Shown here: in pieces, positions 44,620 to 53,623 of the stretch
Numbering within the stretch: position 1 is the first letter of the stretch
How the letters are laid out: every line of letters starts with the position of its first letter
NCBI GenBank assembly: GCA_041655935.1
Contig: JBBAEK010000002.1
Span: 5,548-69,547, forward strand
Length of the DNA stretch: 64,000 bases
Reading direction: 5' to 3'
DNA from: Eubacteriales bacterium
Lineage (GTDB): Bacteria; Bacillota; Clostridia; Oscillospirales; CAG-272
Position numbers and translations under genes: made by a program
The notes under the pieces: generated by a model
Told to the model about the DNA's origin: nothing
Databases searched by the model: none
What the model saw: the letters and a program-made list of their open reading frames with translations, nothing else

Positions 44620-44648
44620 ATTATAGCATGAAAACGCACAAAAGACAA
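44620..44648 (-). promoter_or_regulatory. promoter for the RACo-like gene (TTGTCT-17-TATAAT, TGc)
   Basis: Minus strand reads CCTTGTCTTTTGTGCGTTTTCATGCTATAATG. Confidence 0.55.
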
Positions 44649-44705
44649 GGCTGACAGTACCACACGCCCCCTCTCTCCAAAATTTTTTTCAAAAAACAGA
44701 TGATT

Positions 44706-44721
44706 TGTTGGAATTCCAACA
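44706..44721. promoter_or_regulatory. perfect 16-bp palindrome TGTTGGAATTCCAACA, candidate CRP/FNR-family (HcpR-like) activator site for the hcp operon
   Basis: The centre (44713/44714) lies about 29.5 bp upstream of a TAGAAT -10 candidate (44743-44748). This puts it at about -41.5 from the predicted start. Confidence 0.5.
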
Positions 44722-44811
44722 GAGTTCAGGCGACCTATACGGTAGAATCAAGGCAACCGACAACCACAGGTGCCGATTCATCGGTACCGATACCAAGAAG
44801 GAGAGACCAAC

Positions 44812-45546
44812 ATGATTCGTAAAATCATCAAAATCGACGAGGAAAAGTGCAACGGTTGCGGTCTGTGTGCACAGGCGTGCCATGAGGGTGCGATCGGCAT
44901 GGTGGACGGCAAGGCAAAACTGTTGCGGGACGACTATTGCGACGGCTTGGGCAACTGCCTGCCCGTCTGCCCGACCGGCGCCATCAGCTTTGAGGAACGT
45001 GAGGCGGCGGATTTTGACGAGGCGGCTGTGCAGCAGCATATGCAGCAGAAAAAGCAGGACCAGCGTCCCGCGCCGGCCCCCCAGCCGCCGGCAATGCCCT
45101 GCGGCTGCCCGGGGATGAATGTCAGGCAGATCCGGCGGGCCACCAAGGAGACCCCCGAGGCGCCCGGCACCCACGAGGCAAAAAGCTACCTGTCCCAGTG
45201 GCCGGTGCAAATCAAGCTGGCTCCCGTGAACGCCCCCTATTTTTCGGGCGCCAATTTGCTGATTGCCGCCGACTGTACGGCGTATGCGTACGGTGACTTT
45301 CACACGCGCTTCATTCGCAACCGGATCACGCTCATCGGTTGCCCGAAGCTGGACGCCGGGGATTACAGTGAGAAACTGACCGCCATCATCAAGCAAAACG
45401 ACATCAAGAGCGTGACCATCGTGCGCATGGAGGTACCCTGCTGCGGCGGGCTGGAGTACGCCGCACGGCAAGCCCTGCAAAACAGCGGCAAGTTTATTCC
45501 CTGGCAAGTGGTCACGATTACCACCGATGGTAAAATTTTGGATTGA
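44812..45546 (+). CDS. 4Fe-4S dicluster domain protein (ferredoxin-like, hcp-associated)
   Basis: CNGCGLCAQAC and CDGLGNCLPVCP cluster motifs. Gln/Pro-rich linker. C-terminal Cys-containing domain (CPKLD ... VPCCGG). AAGGAGAG RBS. Confidence 0.8.
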   Translation: MIRKIIKIDEEKCNGCGLCAQACHEGAIGMVDGKAKLLRDDYCDGLGNCLPVCPTGAISFEEREAADFDEAAVQQHMQQKKQDQRPAPAPQPPAMPCGCPGMNVRQIRRATKETPEAPGTHEAKSYLSQWPVQIKLAPVNAPYFSGANLLIAADCTAYAYGDFHTRFIRNRITLIGCPKLDAGDYSEKLTAIIKQNDIKSVTIVRMEVPCCGGLEYAARQALQNSGKFIPWQVVTITTDGKILD

Positions 45547-45561
45547 CAAGAGGATGAGAAT

Positions 45562-45870
45562 ATGGTAGAAAAAGAATACAGGCTTGCCCGGACCGATGAA
45601 AAGACGATTGAGAAGGTCTTGCTGGACCAAAACATTCATTACCTGCACATGGTGCTGCCCGCCGGCGACGGACTGCCCGTGCACCATTGCAACGCCCCCC
45701 TCTATATGACCGTGGTGCGGGGCACCTTATCCATCGAGCTGGACGGGCAGCCCGTGCACGAGTACCCCTCCGGCACCCTGCTCACCATCCCCGACCGGAC
45801 CCTGATGCACGTCAGAAACCTGCACCCCGACACACTGGAGCTGATTGTCGTCAAGGCGCCCGCTCCTTAA
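45562..45870 (+). CDS. cupin domain protein (102 aa)
   Basis: [13 protein letters not shown]...[16 protein letters not shown] beta-barrel motif pattern. Confidence 0.65.
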   Translation: MVEKEYRLARTDEKTIEKVLLDQNIHYLHMVLPAGDGLPVHHCNAPLYMTVVRGTLSIELDGQPVHEYPSGTLLTIPDRTLMHVRNLHPDTLELIVVKAPAP

Positions 45871-45907
45871 CAGGAGCCCGCCCTTAATTGAGAAAGGAGA
45901 CACACGC

Positions 45908-46072
45908 ATGAAACAGTACAGGTGTATTCCGTGCGGGTATATTTATGATCCCGCGCAGGGCGACCCCGACCAAGGCATTGCCCCCGGCACTGCCTTTGAG
46001 GACTTGCCCGAGGACTACCATTGCCCCATTTGCTATGTGGGTCGGGATGAATTTGAAGAAATTAAAGAGTAA
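45908..46072 (+). CDS. rubredoxin (54 aa)
   Basis: [66 protein letters not shown]. The track ORF is extended upstream to 45845. Confidence 0.9.
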   Translation: MKQYRCIPCGYIYDPAQGDPDQGIAPGTAFEDLPEDYHCPICYVGRDEFEEIKE

Positions 46073-46093
46073 GTGAGAAAAGAGGAACTACCA

Positions 46094-47728
46094 ATGAGCA
46101 TGTTTTGCTTCCAATGTCAGGAAACGGCGGGCGGCAAGGGCTGCACCATCCGCGGAGTTTGCGGCAAGACCGAGGAGGTCGCGCACCTGCAGGATTTGTT
46201 GATCTACATACTCAAGGGTGTCTCGGACATTGTCGTCAAGGGCAAACTTGACGTCCAAACGTTGGGGCGTACCAACTATGAGGTGCTGAACAGCCTGTTC
46301 ATGACCATCACCAACGCCAACTTTGACGACGGCTCGCTCGAGCGGCAGATTGTGAAAATGCTTGCCATCAGGGAGAGCCTGAAAAGCACCGTCACCACCC
46401 AAAAAGCCTTGCACGACGCCGCCACCTTCACGGTGAGCGACCGGCAGTCCATGCTGGACAAGGCCGCTACCATCGGGGTGCTTGCCACCGCCGACGAGGA
46501 TGTGCGTTCGCTCCGTGAGATGATTACCTACGGGCTGAAGGGGATGGCGGCGTATACCGAGCACGCCACGAACATCGGCAAGCAAGACCTCTCGATCAAC
46601 GCCTTCATCTATGAGGCGCTGGCAGCCCTGCTGGACGACTCGCTCACGGCGGACGAGCTGGTCGCGCTGACCCTCAAAACAGGCTCCGTGGGGGTGCAGG
46701 CCATGGCGCTACTGGACAGTGCCAACACCGCCCGCTACGGCAACCCGGAAATCACCGAGGTCGCCATCGGCACGCGCCAAAATCCCGCCATCCTGATTTC
46801 CGGCCACGACCTGACCGACCTGGAGCAACTGCTGGAGCAGACCCGGGACAGTGGCGTGGATGTCTACACCCACAGCGAGATGCTGCCCGCCCACTACTAT
46901 CCGGCGTTCAAGAAGTATCCGCACTTTGCCGGCAACTATGGCAACGCTTGGTGGAAGCAGGTGGATGAGTTTGTCACCTTCCGCGGACCCATCCTGTTCA
47001 CCACCAACTGCATTGTCCCCCCGCGCAGCGAGGAGGTACGCAGCAGAATTTACACCACCGGCTCCACCGGCTACCCCGGCTGTCAGCATATCGTCCCCGA
47101 CGAACAGGGGCACAAGGACTTTTCTGCCCTCATCGCCCACGCCAAACGCCTGCCCCCACCCGAGGAGATTGAAAGCGGCAGCATTGTCGGCGGCTTTGCC
47201 CACCACCAGGTGTTCGCACTGGCGGACAAGGTGGTAGACGCGGTGAAAAGCGGTGCCATCAAGAAGTTTTTTGTCATGGCGGGCTGTGACGGCCGCATGA
47301 AGTCCCGCGCCTACTACACCGAGTTTGCCGAGGGACTGCCCAAGGACACCGTCATTTTAACTGCCGGCTGTGCCAAGTACCGCTATAACAAGCTCCCCCT
47401 CGGCGACATCGGCGGCATCCCCCGCGTGCTGGACGCCGGACAGTGCAACGACTCCTACTCCCTCGCCCTCATCGCGCTGAAACTGAAAGAAGTGTTCGGG
47501 CTCCAGGATATCAATGAGCTGCCCCTCGCCTTCAACATTGCCTGGTACGAGCAAAAGGCAGTCATTGTGCTGCTGGCACTGCTCTCCCTCGGGGTGAAGA
47601 ACATCCATTTAGGCCCCACCCTCCCCGGTTTTCTCTCCCCCCATGTGGCAACCGTGCTGGTCGAGAAGTTCGGCATCGCCGGCATCGGCAGTGTGACAGA
47701 CGACATCAACCTGTTCATGAACGCCTGA
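46094..47728 (+). CDS. hcp: hybrid cluster protein (hydroxylamine reductase) Hcp
   Basis: [24 protein letters not shown]-terminal cubane-cluster motif. Typical length (544 aa from ATG 46094). Confidence 0.95.
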   Translation: MSMFCFQCQETAGGKGCTIRGVCGKTEEVAHLQDLLIYILKGVSDIVVKGKLDVQTLGRTNYEVLNSLFMTITNANFDDGSLERQIVKMLAIRESLKSTVTTQKALHDAATFTVSDRQSMLDKAATIGVLATADEDVRSLREMITYGLKGMAAYTEHATNIGKQDLSINAFIYEALAALLDDSLTADELVALTLKTGSVGVQAMALLDSANTARYGNPEITEVAIGTRQNPAILISGHDLTDLEQLLEQTRDSGVDVYTHSEMLPAHYYPAFKKYPHFAGNYGNAWWKQVDEFVTFRGPILFTTNCIVPPRSEEVRSRIYTTGSTGYPGCQHIVPDEQGHKDFSALIAHAKRLPPPEEIESGSIVGGFAHHQVFALADKVVDAVKSGAIKKFFVMAGCDGRMKSRAYYTEFAEGLPKDTVILTAGCAKYRYNKLPLGDIGGIPRVLDAGQCNDSYSLALIALKLKEVFGLQDINELPLAFNIAWYEQKAVIVLLALLSLGVKNIHLGPTLPGFLSPHVATVLVEKFGIAGIGSVTDDINLFMNA

Positions 47729-47740
47729 GCCACCCGTCAG

Positions 47741-47778
47741 ACGCCCTCTGCGCAAGACCTGCGCGGAGGGCGTTTTTA
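47741..47778 (+). terminator. intrinsic terminator after hcp
   Basis: ACGCCCTCTGCGC-AAGACCT-GCGCGGAGGGCGT followed by TTTTT. Confidence 0.8.
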
Positions 47779-47954
47779 TTCCGGCGCAAGGCAACACCTT
47801 GTTGCCTGTCTCTTTGGCCCTGCCGCTCTCCCTCTTGCCTATACACCCTCCGGAGCGTCCTGCCTTTATTTTCGTGCTGCTGTCATTGCTTTTTCATCTG
47901 TTTTTTTCACATTTGACACTTGACAACGCCTGCGGGCATATGCTACTATACAGA

Positions 47955-47976
47955 TGAACGATTGAGCAACTGTTCA
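47955..47976. promoter_or_regulatory. candidate ArsR/SmtB operator TGAACG-N10-TGTTCA
   Basis: Inverted repeat located between the -10 region and the RBS of the arsR-family gene. The half-site TGAACA resembles SmtB/CzrA-type operators as I recall them. Confidence 0.45.
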
Positions 47977-48003
47977 AGTGTTGCGGAAAGAGAGGGAAAC
48001 AGG

Positions 48004-48384
48004 ATGACAAAGCGTCACGAGCCAAGGCGACCGGAAGGACTGCTCTGCAGCGAATGCGCGGCGCATCTGGACATGGTCGGTCGGCGGGAGGTAGCTCGTT
48101 GCGGCAAAAGCGGGGAGGCAGAGGCGCTGGCGTCTCTGTTCAAGCTGTTGGGCGACCCTACGCGCATGCGTGTGCTGTTGGCGCTGGCAGGGAGCCCCCT
48201 ATGCGTATGCGATTTAGCCGACTCACTGGGCATGACCGCCTCCGCCATTTCCCACCAGTTGCGCCTGTTGAAACGGGGGGGGCTGGTGAAAAGCGAAAAA
48301 AGCGGCAAGCATGTCTGCTACTCGCTGGACGACAGCCATGTGTACGCCATCATCCACCCCGCGCTGGAGCATATCAGGGAGTGA
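48004..48384 (+). CDS. ArsR/SmtB family metalloregulator (CadC-like)
   Basis: LFKLLGDPTRMRVLLALAGSPLCVCDLADSLGMTASAISHQLRLLK winged HTH with a CVC metal site. N-terminal Cys pair CSEC. Confidence 0.88.
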   Translation: MTKRHEPRRPEGLLCSECAAHLDMVGRREVARCGKSGEAEALASLFKLLGDPTRMRVLLALAGSPLCVCDLADSLGMTASAISHQLRLLKRGGLVKSEKSGKHVCYSLDDSHVYAIIHPALEHIRE

Positions 48385-48470
48385 CGCCCCAATCGGGGCC
48401 ACGCCTGAATGCGCATTTCCCCCCACGCCTGCGGGCATGTGAATACTACCAAATCAAAGGAATACATACC

Positions 48471-48689
48471 ATGAAAACCAAGTACGAAGTGACGGGACTG
48501 GACTGCCCCAACTGTTCGAAAAAACTCGCCACCCTCCTGCAGAAACAGGAGGGGATCACCGCCGCGTTGGTGAATTTTCTCACCGAGGAGCTCACCGTGG
48601 AAAGCGAGCTGTCGGCGCCGATGCTCGACGCGCTGGTGCAGGCCGCCGGCCGGGCCATGGGGTCAAGGGTCAAAATCAACAGAAAGTAA
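48471..48689 (+). CDS. stand-alone heavy-metal-associated (HMA) domain protein (72 aa)
   Basis: MKTKYEVTGLDCPNCSKKLATLLQ has the GxxCxxC ferredoxin-like fold motif. Its TAA stop is directly followed, in the same frame, by the ATPase ORF. Confidence 0.75.
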   Translation: MKTKYEVTGLDCPNCSKKLATLLQKQEGITAALVNFLTEELTVESELSAPMLDALVQAAGRAMGSRVKINRK

Positions 48690-50546
48690 GTGCCGGGGAT
48701 GAAACGATTGCTCACCTATGAAAAAGAGCTCCGCATGGCGCTGTCCGCCGTACTGCTGTTGGTCGCCCTGCTGCTGGGCCCGGGAATAGCTGCTTTGTCG
48801 GTATCGGCGGCGGCGCTGCTACTGGTGGGCGTGCCCGTGATGGCAGAGGCAGCCCGCGGGCTTTTGCGCGGCGGATTGCTGGACGAAACCTTTTTGATGT
48901 CCCTGGCCGCCCTTGGCGCTTTTGTGATTGGCGAATATACCGAGGGGGTGGCGGTCATGCTGTTTTACAGCGTGGGCGAGTACTTTGAGGGACGCGCCGT
49001 CTCCACCTCCAAAAGAATCATCCGCTCCCTGATGGACATTAACCCGGACACCGCCTGCCTGTTGCGGGATGGCGCTGAGCTTCGCATCCCCGCCGCTGAG
49101 GTAGCGGTAGGGGATGTATTGCTCATCCGCGCGGGAGAACGGGTCCCCGTGGATAGCGTGGTGCTGTCGGGGGAGGCGGCGGTGGACACCTCTGCCCTGA
49201 CCGGAGAGGCGCTCCCCTTAGCGGCGCAGGCCGGGACAGAACTGTCCAGCGGGATGCTGTGCATTGACGGGGTACTGCGGGTACGTGCCGTCCGCATTTG
49301 TGAGGAGTCGGCGGCGGCGCGCATTTTGGCCTTGGTCAGTGAGGCACAAAGCCGCAAGTCCCGGCAGGAAAACTTCATCACCCGTTTTGCGCAGTGGTAC
49401 ACCCCCGCCGTGGTGGCGGCTGCCCTGCTGGTGGCGTTGCTGCCCCCGCTGTTCTTTGGGCAGGGCTGGCTCGACTGGCTGTACAAGGCACTGGCTTTCC
49501 TGGTGGTCTCCTGTCCCTGTGCGTTGCTGATCTCGGTACCCCTCAGCTTTTTCGGGGGGATTGCGGGGGCGGCTTCCCGCGGCATCCTTTTCAAGGGCGG
49601 CAACAGTTTTGAGGCGATGGCAAAGGCGGAAACGGTCGTCTTTGACAAGACAGGTACCCTGACCGAGGGGCGCTTTACCGTCGCCAAGGTATCCCCGGTG
49701 CAGGGCATGAGTGAGGCCGAGCTGCTCACCTTAGCCGCCACCGCCGAGCACGGCTCCACACACCCCCTCGCCCGTGCCATCTACCAGTCGGTGACCTCTC
49801 CGCCCCCGCCGCCCGACTCGGTCAGCGAATACGCCGGCAAAGGGGTGATCGCCACCCTTGGCGAAGTACAGATTGCCGTGGGTAGCCGGGCACTGCTGTC
49901 TATTGTGGGTGCGGACAGCGGACCGCTGCCCGAGGGCAGCGTGGGCGTGGCGCGCAACGGCGTGTTTGTGGGCACCATTGACCTTTCGGACACCACCCGT
50001 CCCGGCGTACGGCAAGCCATCGCGCGCCTGCGCGCACTCGGTGTCAAAAGGACCGCCATGCTCACCGGCGACAGCCTCGGCCGCGCGCAGACGGTGGCAG
50101 ACGAGGCAGGCATTGACTTTGTGAAGGCCGGGCTCCTGCCCCAGGACAAATATGCCGCACTCGAGGCGCTGATGAGCGACGGGACGGGCAGCGTGGTCTA
50201 TGTCGGGGACGGCATCAATGACGCACCGGTGCTCGCGCGGGCGGATGTCGGGGTCGCGATGGGCGGCATCGGCAGTGACGCCGCCATTGAGGCGGCAGAC
50301 GTGGTGCTGATGCACGACGCGCCCGACAAACTGGTACAGGCCAGGCTCATTTCTCGCCGCACCCTGTCCATTGCCCGGCAGAACATCATCTTTGCGTTAG
50401 GGGTCAAGGTAGGGGTCATGGCCGTGGTGACGGCAGGGTGGGCAGGGCTTTGGTGGGCGGTGTTCGCCGATGTCGGTGTCGCCCTGCTCGCCATCCTCAA
50501 CGCCATGCGCGCCATCTTCCCGCCCCGGAAAAAGGAAGACCGCTGA
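48690..50546 (+). CDS. heavy-metal translocating P1B-type ATPase (Cd/Zn/Co-type), lacking a fused N-terminal HMA domain
   Basis: CPC in TM6 (VSCPCALLIS), DKTGTLT phosphorylation site, GDGINDAP hinge. Start is either GTG 48690 or ATG 48699. Confidence 0.92.
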   Translation: MPGMKRLLTYEKELRMALSAVLLLVALLLGPGIAALSVSAAALLLVGVPVMAEAARGLLRGGLLDETFLMSLAALGAFVIGEYTEGVAVMLFYSVGEYFEGRAVSTSKRIIRSLMDINPDTACLLRDGAELRIPAAEVAVGDVLLIRAGERVPVDSVVLSGEAAVDTSALTGEALPLAAQAGTELSSGMLCIDGVLRVRAVRICEESAAARILALVSEAQSRKSRQENFITRFAQWYTPAVVAAALLVALLPPLFFGQGWLDWLYKALAFLVVSCPCALLISVPLSFFGGIAGAASRGILFKGGNSFEAMAKAETVVFDKTGTLTEGRFTVAKVSPVQGMSEAELLTLAATAEHGSTHPLARAIYQSVTSPPPPPDSVSEYAGKGVIATLGEVQIAVGSRALLSIVGADSGPLPEGSVGVARNGVFVGTIDLSDTTRPGVRQAIARLRALGVKRTAMLTGDSLGRAQTVADEAGIDFVKAGLLPQDKYAALEALMSDGTGSVVYVGDGINDAPVLARADVGVAMGGIGSDAAIEAADVVLMHDAPDKLVQARLISRRTLSIARQNIIFALGVKVGVMAVVTAGWAGLWWAVFADVGVALLAILNAMRAIFPPRKKEDR

Positions 50547-50664
50547 ACATACGCATAAGGCCCCTCGTGTGCGGTGCGCTCCTCGGCCTTGCCTTTCCCC
50601 CTGCCCTGAGTGCCCGCCGCACGTGTGGGGCTATGTCGCCCGTTGGCCCCCCCGCCAAAAAAAG

Positions 50665-50693
50665 TTGCATTCTCTTGCAAACTATGCTACAAT
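50665..50693 (+). promoter_or_regulatory. promoter for DUF512-der (TTGCAT-17-TACAAT, TGc)
   Basis: TTGCAT 50665-50670, TACAAT 50688-50693. Confidence 0.55.
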
Positions 50694-50819
50694 TATTAGG
50701 AATGAACAAATGGTTCCGCTGAACAGTTCCGCGGAACCATTTCCACCCCCACCGGTTTTCTGCTTTTGGCGTACCGGGAGCAGACAAAGCAGTGAAAAGA
50801 AAGGTCACCCCACAAGAGT

Positions 50820-52160
50820 ATGGTTTCGATTACCACCGTGCAAGCGTCCTCCCCCGCCCACCGGGCCGGCATCAGGAGCGGGGACTCTTTGCTTGCCATC
50901 AACGGACACGCCATCCGCGACGTGCTGGACTACCGCTTTTACTTAGCCGAGCCGCAACTCACGCTGTCGCTGGTGCGGGACGGGCACCCCTTTGAGGTCT
51001 CCATCGTCAAGCCCACGTATGACGACATAGGGCTGGGCTTTGCGACGGCGTTGATGGACAGCAAGCAAAGTTGCCGTAACGGCTGCGTCTTTTGCTTCAT
51101 TGACCAACTGCCCCACGGGATGCGCCAAAGCCTGTACTTCAAGGACGACGATGCGCGGCTCTCCTTTTTGCACGGCAACTATATCACCCTCACCAACCTC
51201 AGCCGACAGGATGTGGATCGCATCATCGCCATGCGCATCTCCCCCATCCGCGTGTCCATCCACACCACCAACCCCGCCCTGCGGGTGCGGATGATGAAAA
51301 ACAAATGCGCCGGAGAGGCGCTCTCCTATCTCACCGAGCTTTCAGAGGCGGGCATTGCCCTGCACGGGCAAATCGTGCTTTGCCGTGGGCTGAACGACGG
51401 CGACGAGCTGCACCGCACCCTTGCCGACCTGACCCGGCTGACCCCCGCGCTCGAAAGCGTGTCGGTGGTGCCGGTCGGGCTCACCGACCACCGACAGGGA
51501 CTCTATCCGCTCGAGCCCTTTTCGGCGGCAGATGCCGAAGCGGTCATTCAGACGGTGGACACCCATGCGGCCGCCCACCTGGCCCGGTTTGGCACCCGCC
51601 TTTTCTTTTGCGCGGACGAGTTTTACCTGAAAGCCGGCTTACCCCTGCCCGATGAGGCATACTATGAGGGGTATCCGCAAATTGAAAACGGCGTGGGGAT
51701 GCTGCGCTCCCTCCTTGAGGAAACCACGGCGGCCATTGCCGCCTTGCCCGAGACCGGGGCACAGAGGGCCAGGGAAGTATCGGTGGCCACGGGCGTCGCC
51801 GCCTATCCGTATCTCTTGCAAATCAGCCGGACATTGATGCAAAAGGTCCGAAATTTGAAAATAAATATTTACAAAGTTATCAATCGCTTTTTTGGGGAAA
51901 ACATCACGGTGGCGGGGCTGCTGACCGGCGGGGACCTCCGGGCGCAACTGGCAGGCAAACCGCTGGGACAGCAGTTGCTGCTCTCCGCCAACACCCTGCG
52001 CGCCGGGGAGGCGGTGTTTTTAGACGATATGCGGCTGGAGGAGCTTGCCGCCGCCCTCGGTGTCCCTGTCCGGGCCGTTTCGGATGACGGCGGCGAATTG
52101 ATCAACGCCCTGTTGGGCATGGGAGAAGATACATGGGAAAACCAATCGTTGCCATCGTAG
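50820..52160 (+). CDS. DUF512 protein (PDZ + radical-SAM-like + DUF512)
   Basis: N-terminal PDZ (SPAHRAGIRSGDSLLAINGH), CRNGCVFCF Cys motif, conserved position upstream of der. Confidence 0.85.
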   Translation: MVSITTVQASSPAHRAGIRSGDSLLAINGHAIRDVLDYRFYLAEPQLTLSLVRDGHPFEVSIVKPTYDDIGLGFATALMDSKQSCRNGCVFCFIDQLPHGMRQSLYFKDDDARLSFLHGNYITLTNLSRQDVDRIIAMRISPIRVSIHTTNPALRVRMMKNKCAGEALSYLTELSEAGIALHGQIVLCRGLNDGDELHRTLADLTRLTPALESVSVVPVGLTDHRQGLYPLEPFSAADAEAVIQTVDTHAAAHLARFGTRLFFCADEFYLKAGLPLPDEAYYEGYPQIENGVGMLRSLLEETTAAIAALPETGAQRAREVSVATGVAAYPYLLQISRTLMQKVRNLKINIYKVINRFFGENITVAGLLTGGDLRAQLAGKPLGQQLLLSANTLRAGEAVFLDDMRLEELAAALGVPVRAVSDDGGELINALLGMGEDTWENQSLPS

Positions 52161-53464
52161 GCAGGCCGAATGTAGGCAAAAGCACCTTGTTTAATAAACT
52201 CATCGGGGAGCGCCGCGCCATCGTCGAGGACACGCCTGGCGTGACCCGCGACCGCATTTACGGGGAGGGCGATTGGCGGGGACGCGCCTTTATTCTCATT
52301 GACACCGGCGGCATTGAGCCCAAAACCGATGACATTATCCTGCAGAAAATGCGTATGCAGGCGCAGATCGCCATTGACAGCGCCGATGTGATCATTTTCC
52401 TGTGCGACATTCAGGCGGGGCTGGTGGCGGACGACCGTGAAATTGCCGTGATGTTGAAAAAGAGCGGCAAACCCGTCATCGTTTGTGTCAATAAAGTGGA
52501 CCGCCTCGGTCCCCCGCCCATGGACTACTATGAGTTTTATGAGCTGGGTTTTGACTGCGACCCCATTGCCCTGTCCTCCATGCACGGCTCGGGCACGGGC
52601 GACCTGTTGGACGAGGTAGTGGCAGCATTCCCTGAGACACCCGAGGAGGCAGACGAGGGACACGTCATCCATGTCGCGGTCATCGGCAAGCCCAACGCCG
52701 GCAAGTCCTCTCTCATCAACCGCATGGTGGGCAGTGAGCGGCTGATCGTGTCGGACATTCCGGGCACCACGCGCGACGCGGTGGACACCCTGCTCGAGAA
52801 CGAGTACGGCAAGTTCAACTTCATTGACACGGCAGGCATCCGCCGCCAAAGCAAGGTGGAGGACAACATTGAAAAATACAGTGTGCTGCGCGCCCGCTTG
52901 GCTGTGGAGCGGGCGGATGTCTGCCTGCTCATGGTGGACGCCGCCGAGGGCGTGACCGTGCAGGACACGCACATTGCCGGCATTGCCCACGAGGCAGGTA
53001 AGGCGACGATCATTGTGGTCAACAAGTGGGACGCGATGGAAAAGGACAGCAACACCACCGTCGCCTATACCAAGGATGTCTATGCCGCCCTGAGCTACAT
53101 GACCTACGCCCCGTTGGTGTTCGTGTCCGCCAAAACCGGCCAACGGGTGACCAATCTCTATCCGATGATTGTCAACGTGGCAGAGCAAGCCGCCATGCGT
53201 ATCACCACAGGGGCGTTAAACGACCTGCTCAATGATGCCATGGCGCGCCACCAGCCCCCCTCTGACAGGGGCAAGCGCCTCAAACTCTACTACATGACCC
53301 AAACCGGGGTCAAACCCCCCACCTTTGTCGTCTTTTGCAACAGTGCGGCGCTGTTTCATTATTCCTACCAGCGGTTTATCGAAAACTGCATCCGAGAGGC
53401 GTGCGGCTTTTCGGGCACCCCCCTGCGCCTGGTCATCCGCGAGAGGGGCGAGCAGGGAGACTGA
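52133..53464 (+). CDS. der: ribosome biogenesis GTPase Der (EngA)
   Basis: Two GTPase domains (GRPNVGKSTLFN and GKPNAGKSSLIN) plus a KH-like C-terminus. Overlaps the DUF512 gene by 28 nt. Confidence 0.95.
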   Translation: MGKPIVAIVGRPNVGKSTLFNKLIGERRAIVEDTPGVTRDRIYGEGDWRGRAFILIDTGGIEPKTDDIILQKMRMQAQIAIDSADVIIFLCDIQAGLVADDREIAVMLKKSGKPVIVCVNKVDRLGPPPMDYYEFYELGFDCDPIALSSMHGSGTGDLLDEVVAAFPETPEEADEGHVIHVAVIGKPNAGKSSLINRMVGSERLIVSDIPGTTRDAVDTLLENEYGKFNFIDTAGIRRQSKVEDNIEKYSVLRARLAVERADVCLLMVDAAEGVTVQDTHIAGIAHEAGKATIIVVNKWDAMEKDSNTTVAYTKDVYAALSYMTYAPLVFVSAKTGQRVTNLYPMIVNVAEQAAMRITTGALNDLLNDAMARHQPPSDRGKRLKLYYMTQTGVKPPTFVVFCNSAALFHYSYQRFIENCIREACGFSGTPLRLVIRERGEQGD

Positions 53465-53623
53465 GCGGCGACCGGCAGCGGGCACGCCACGCCTCACCCG
53501 CCGGGCATCGTGAAATGCTTGCAGAGTTCCTGATCATATCGTCAATGTCAGAAAAACGGAGACAAAAAACACCCGCTGCAACTTGCACTGGCAAGCTGCA
53601 TATTCAATCAGTAGAGGTTACCT

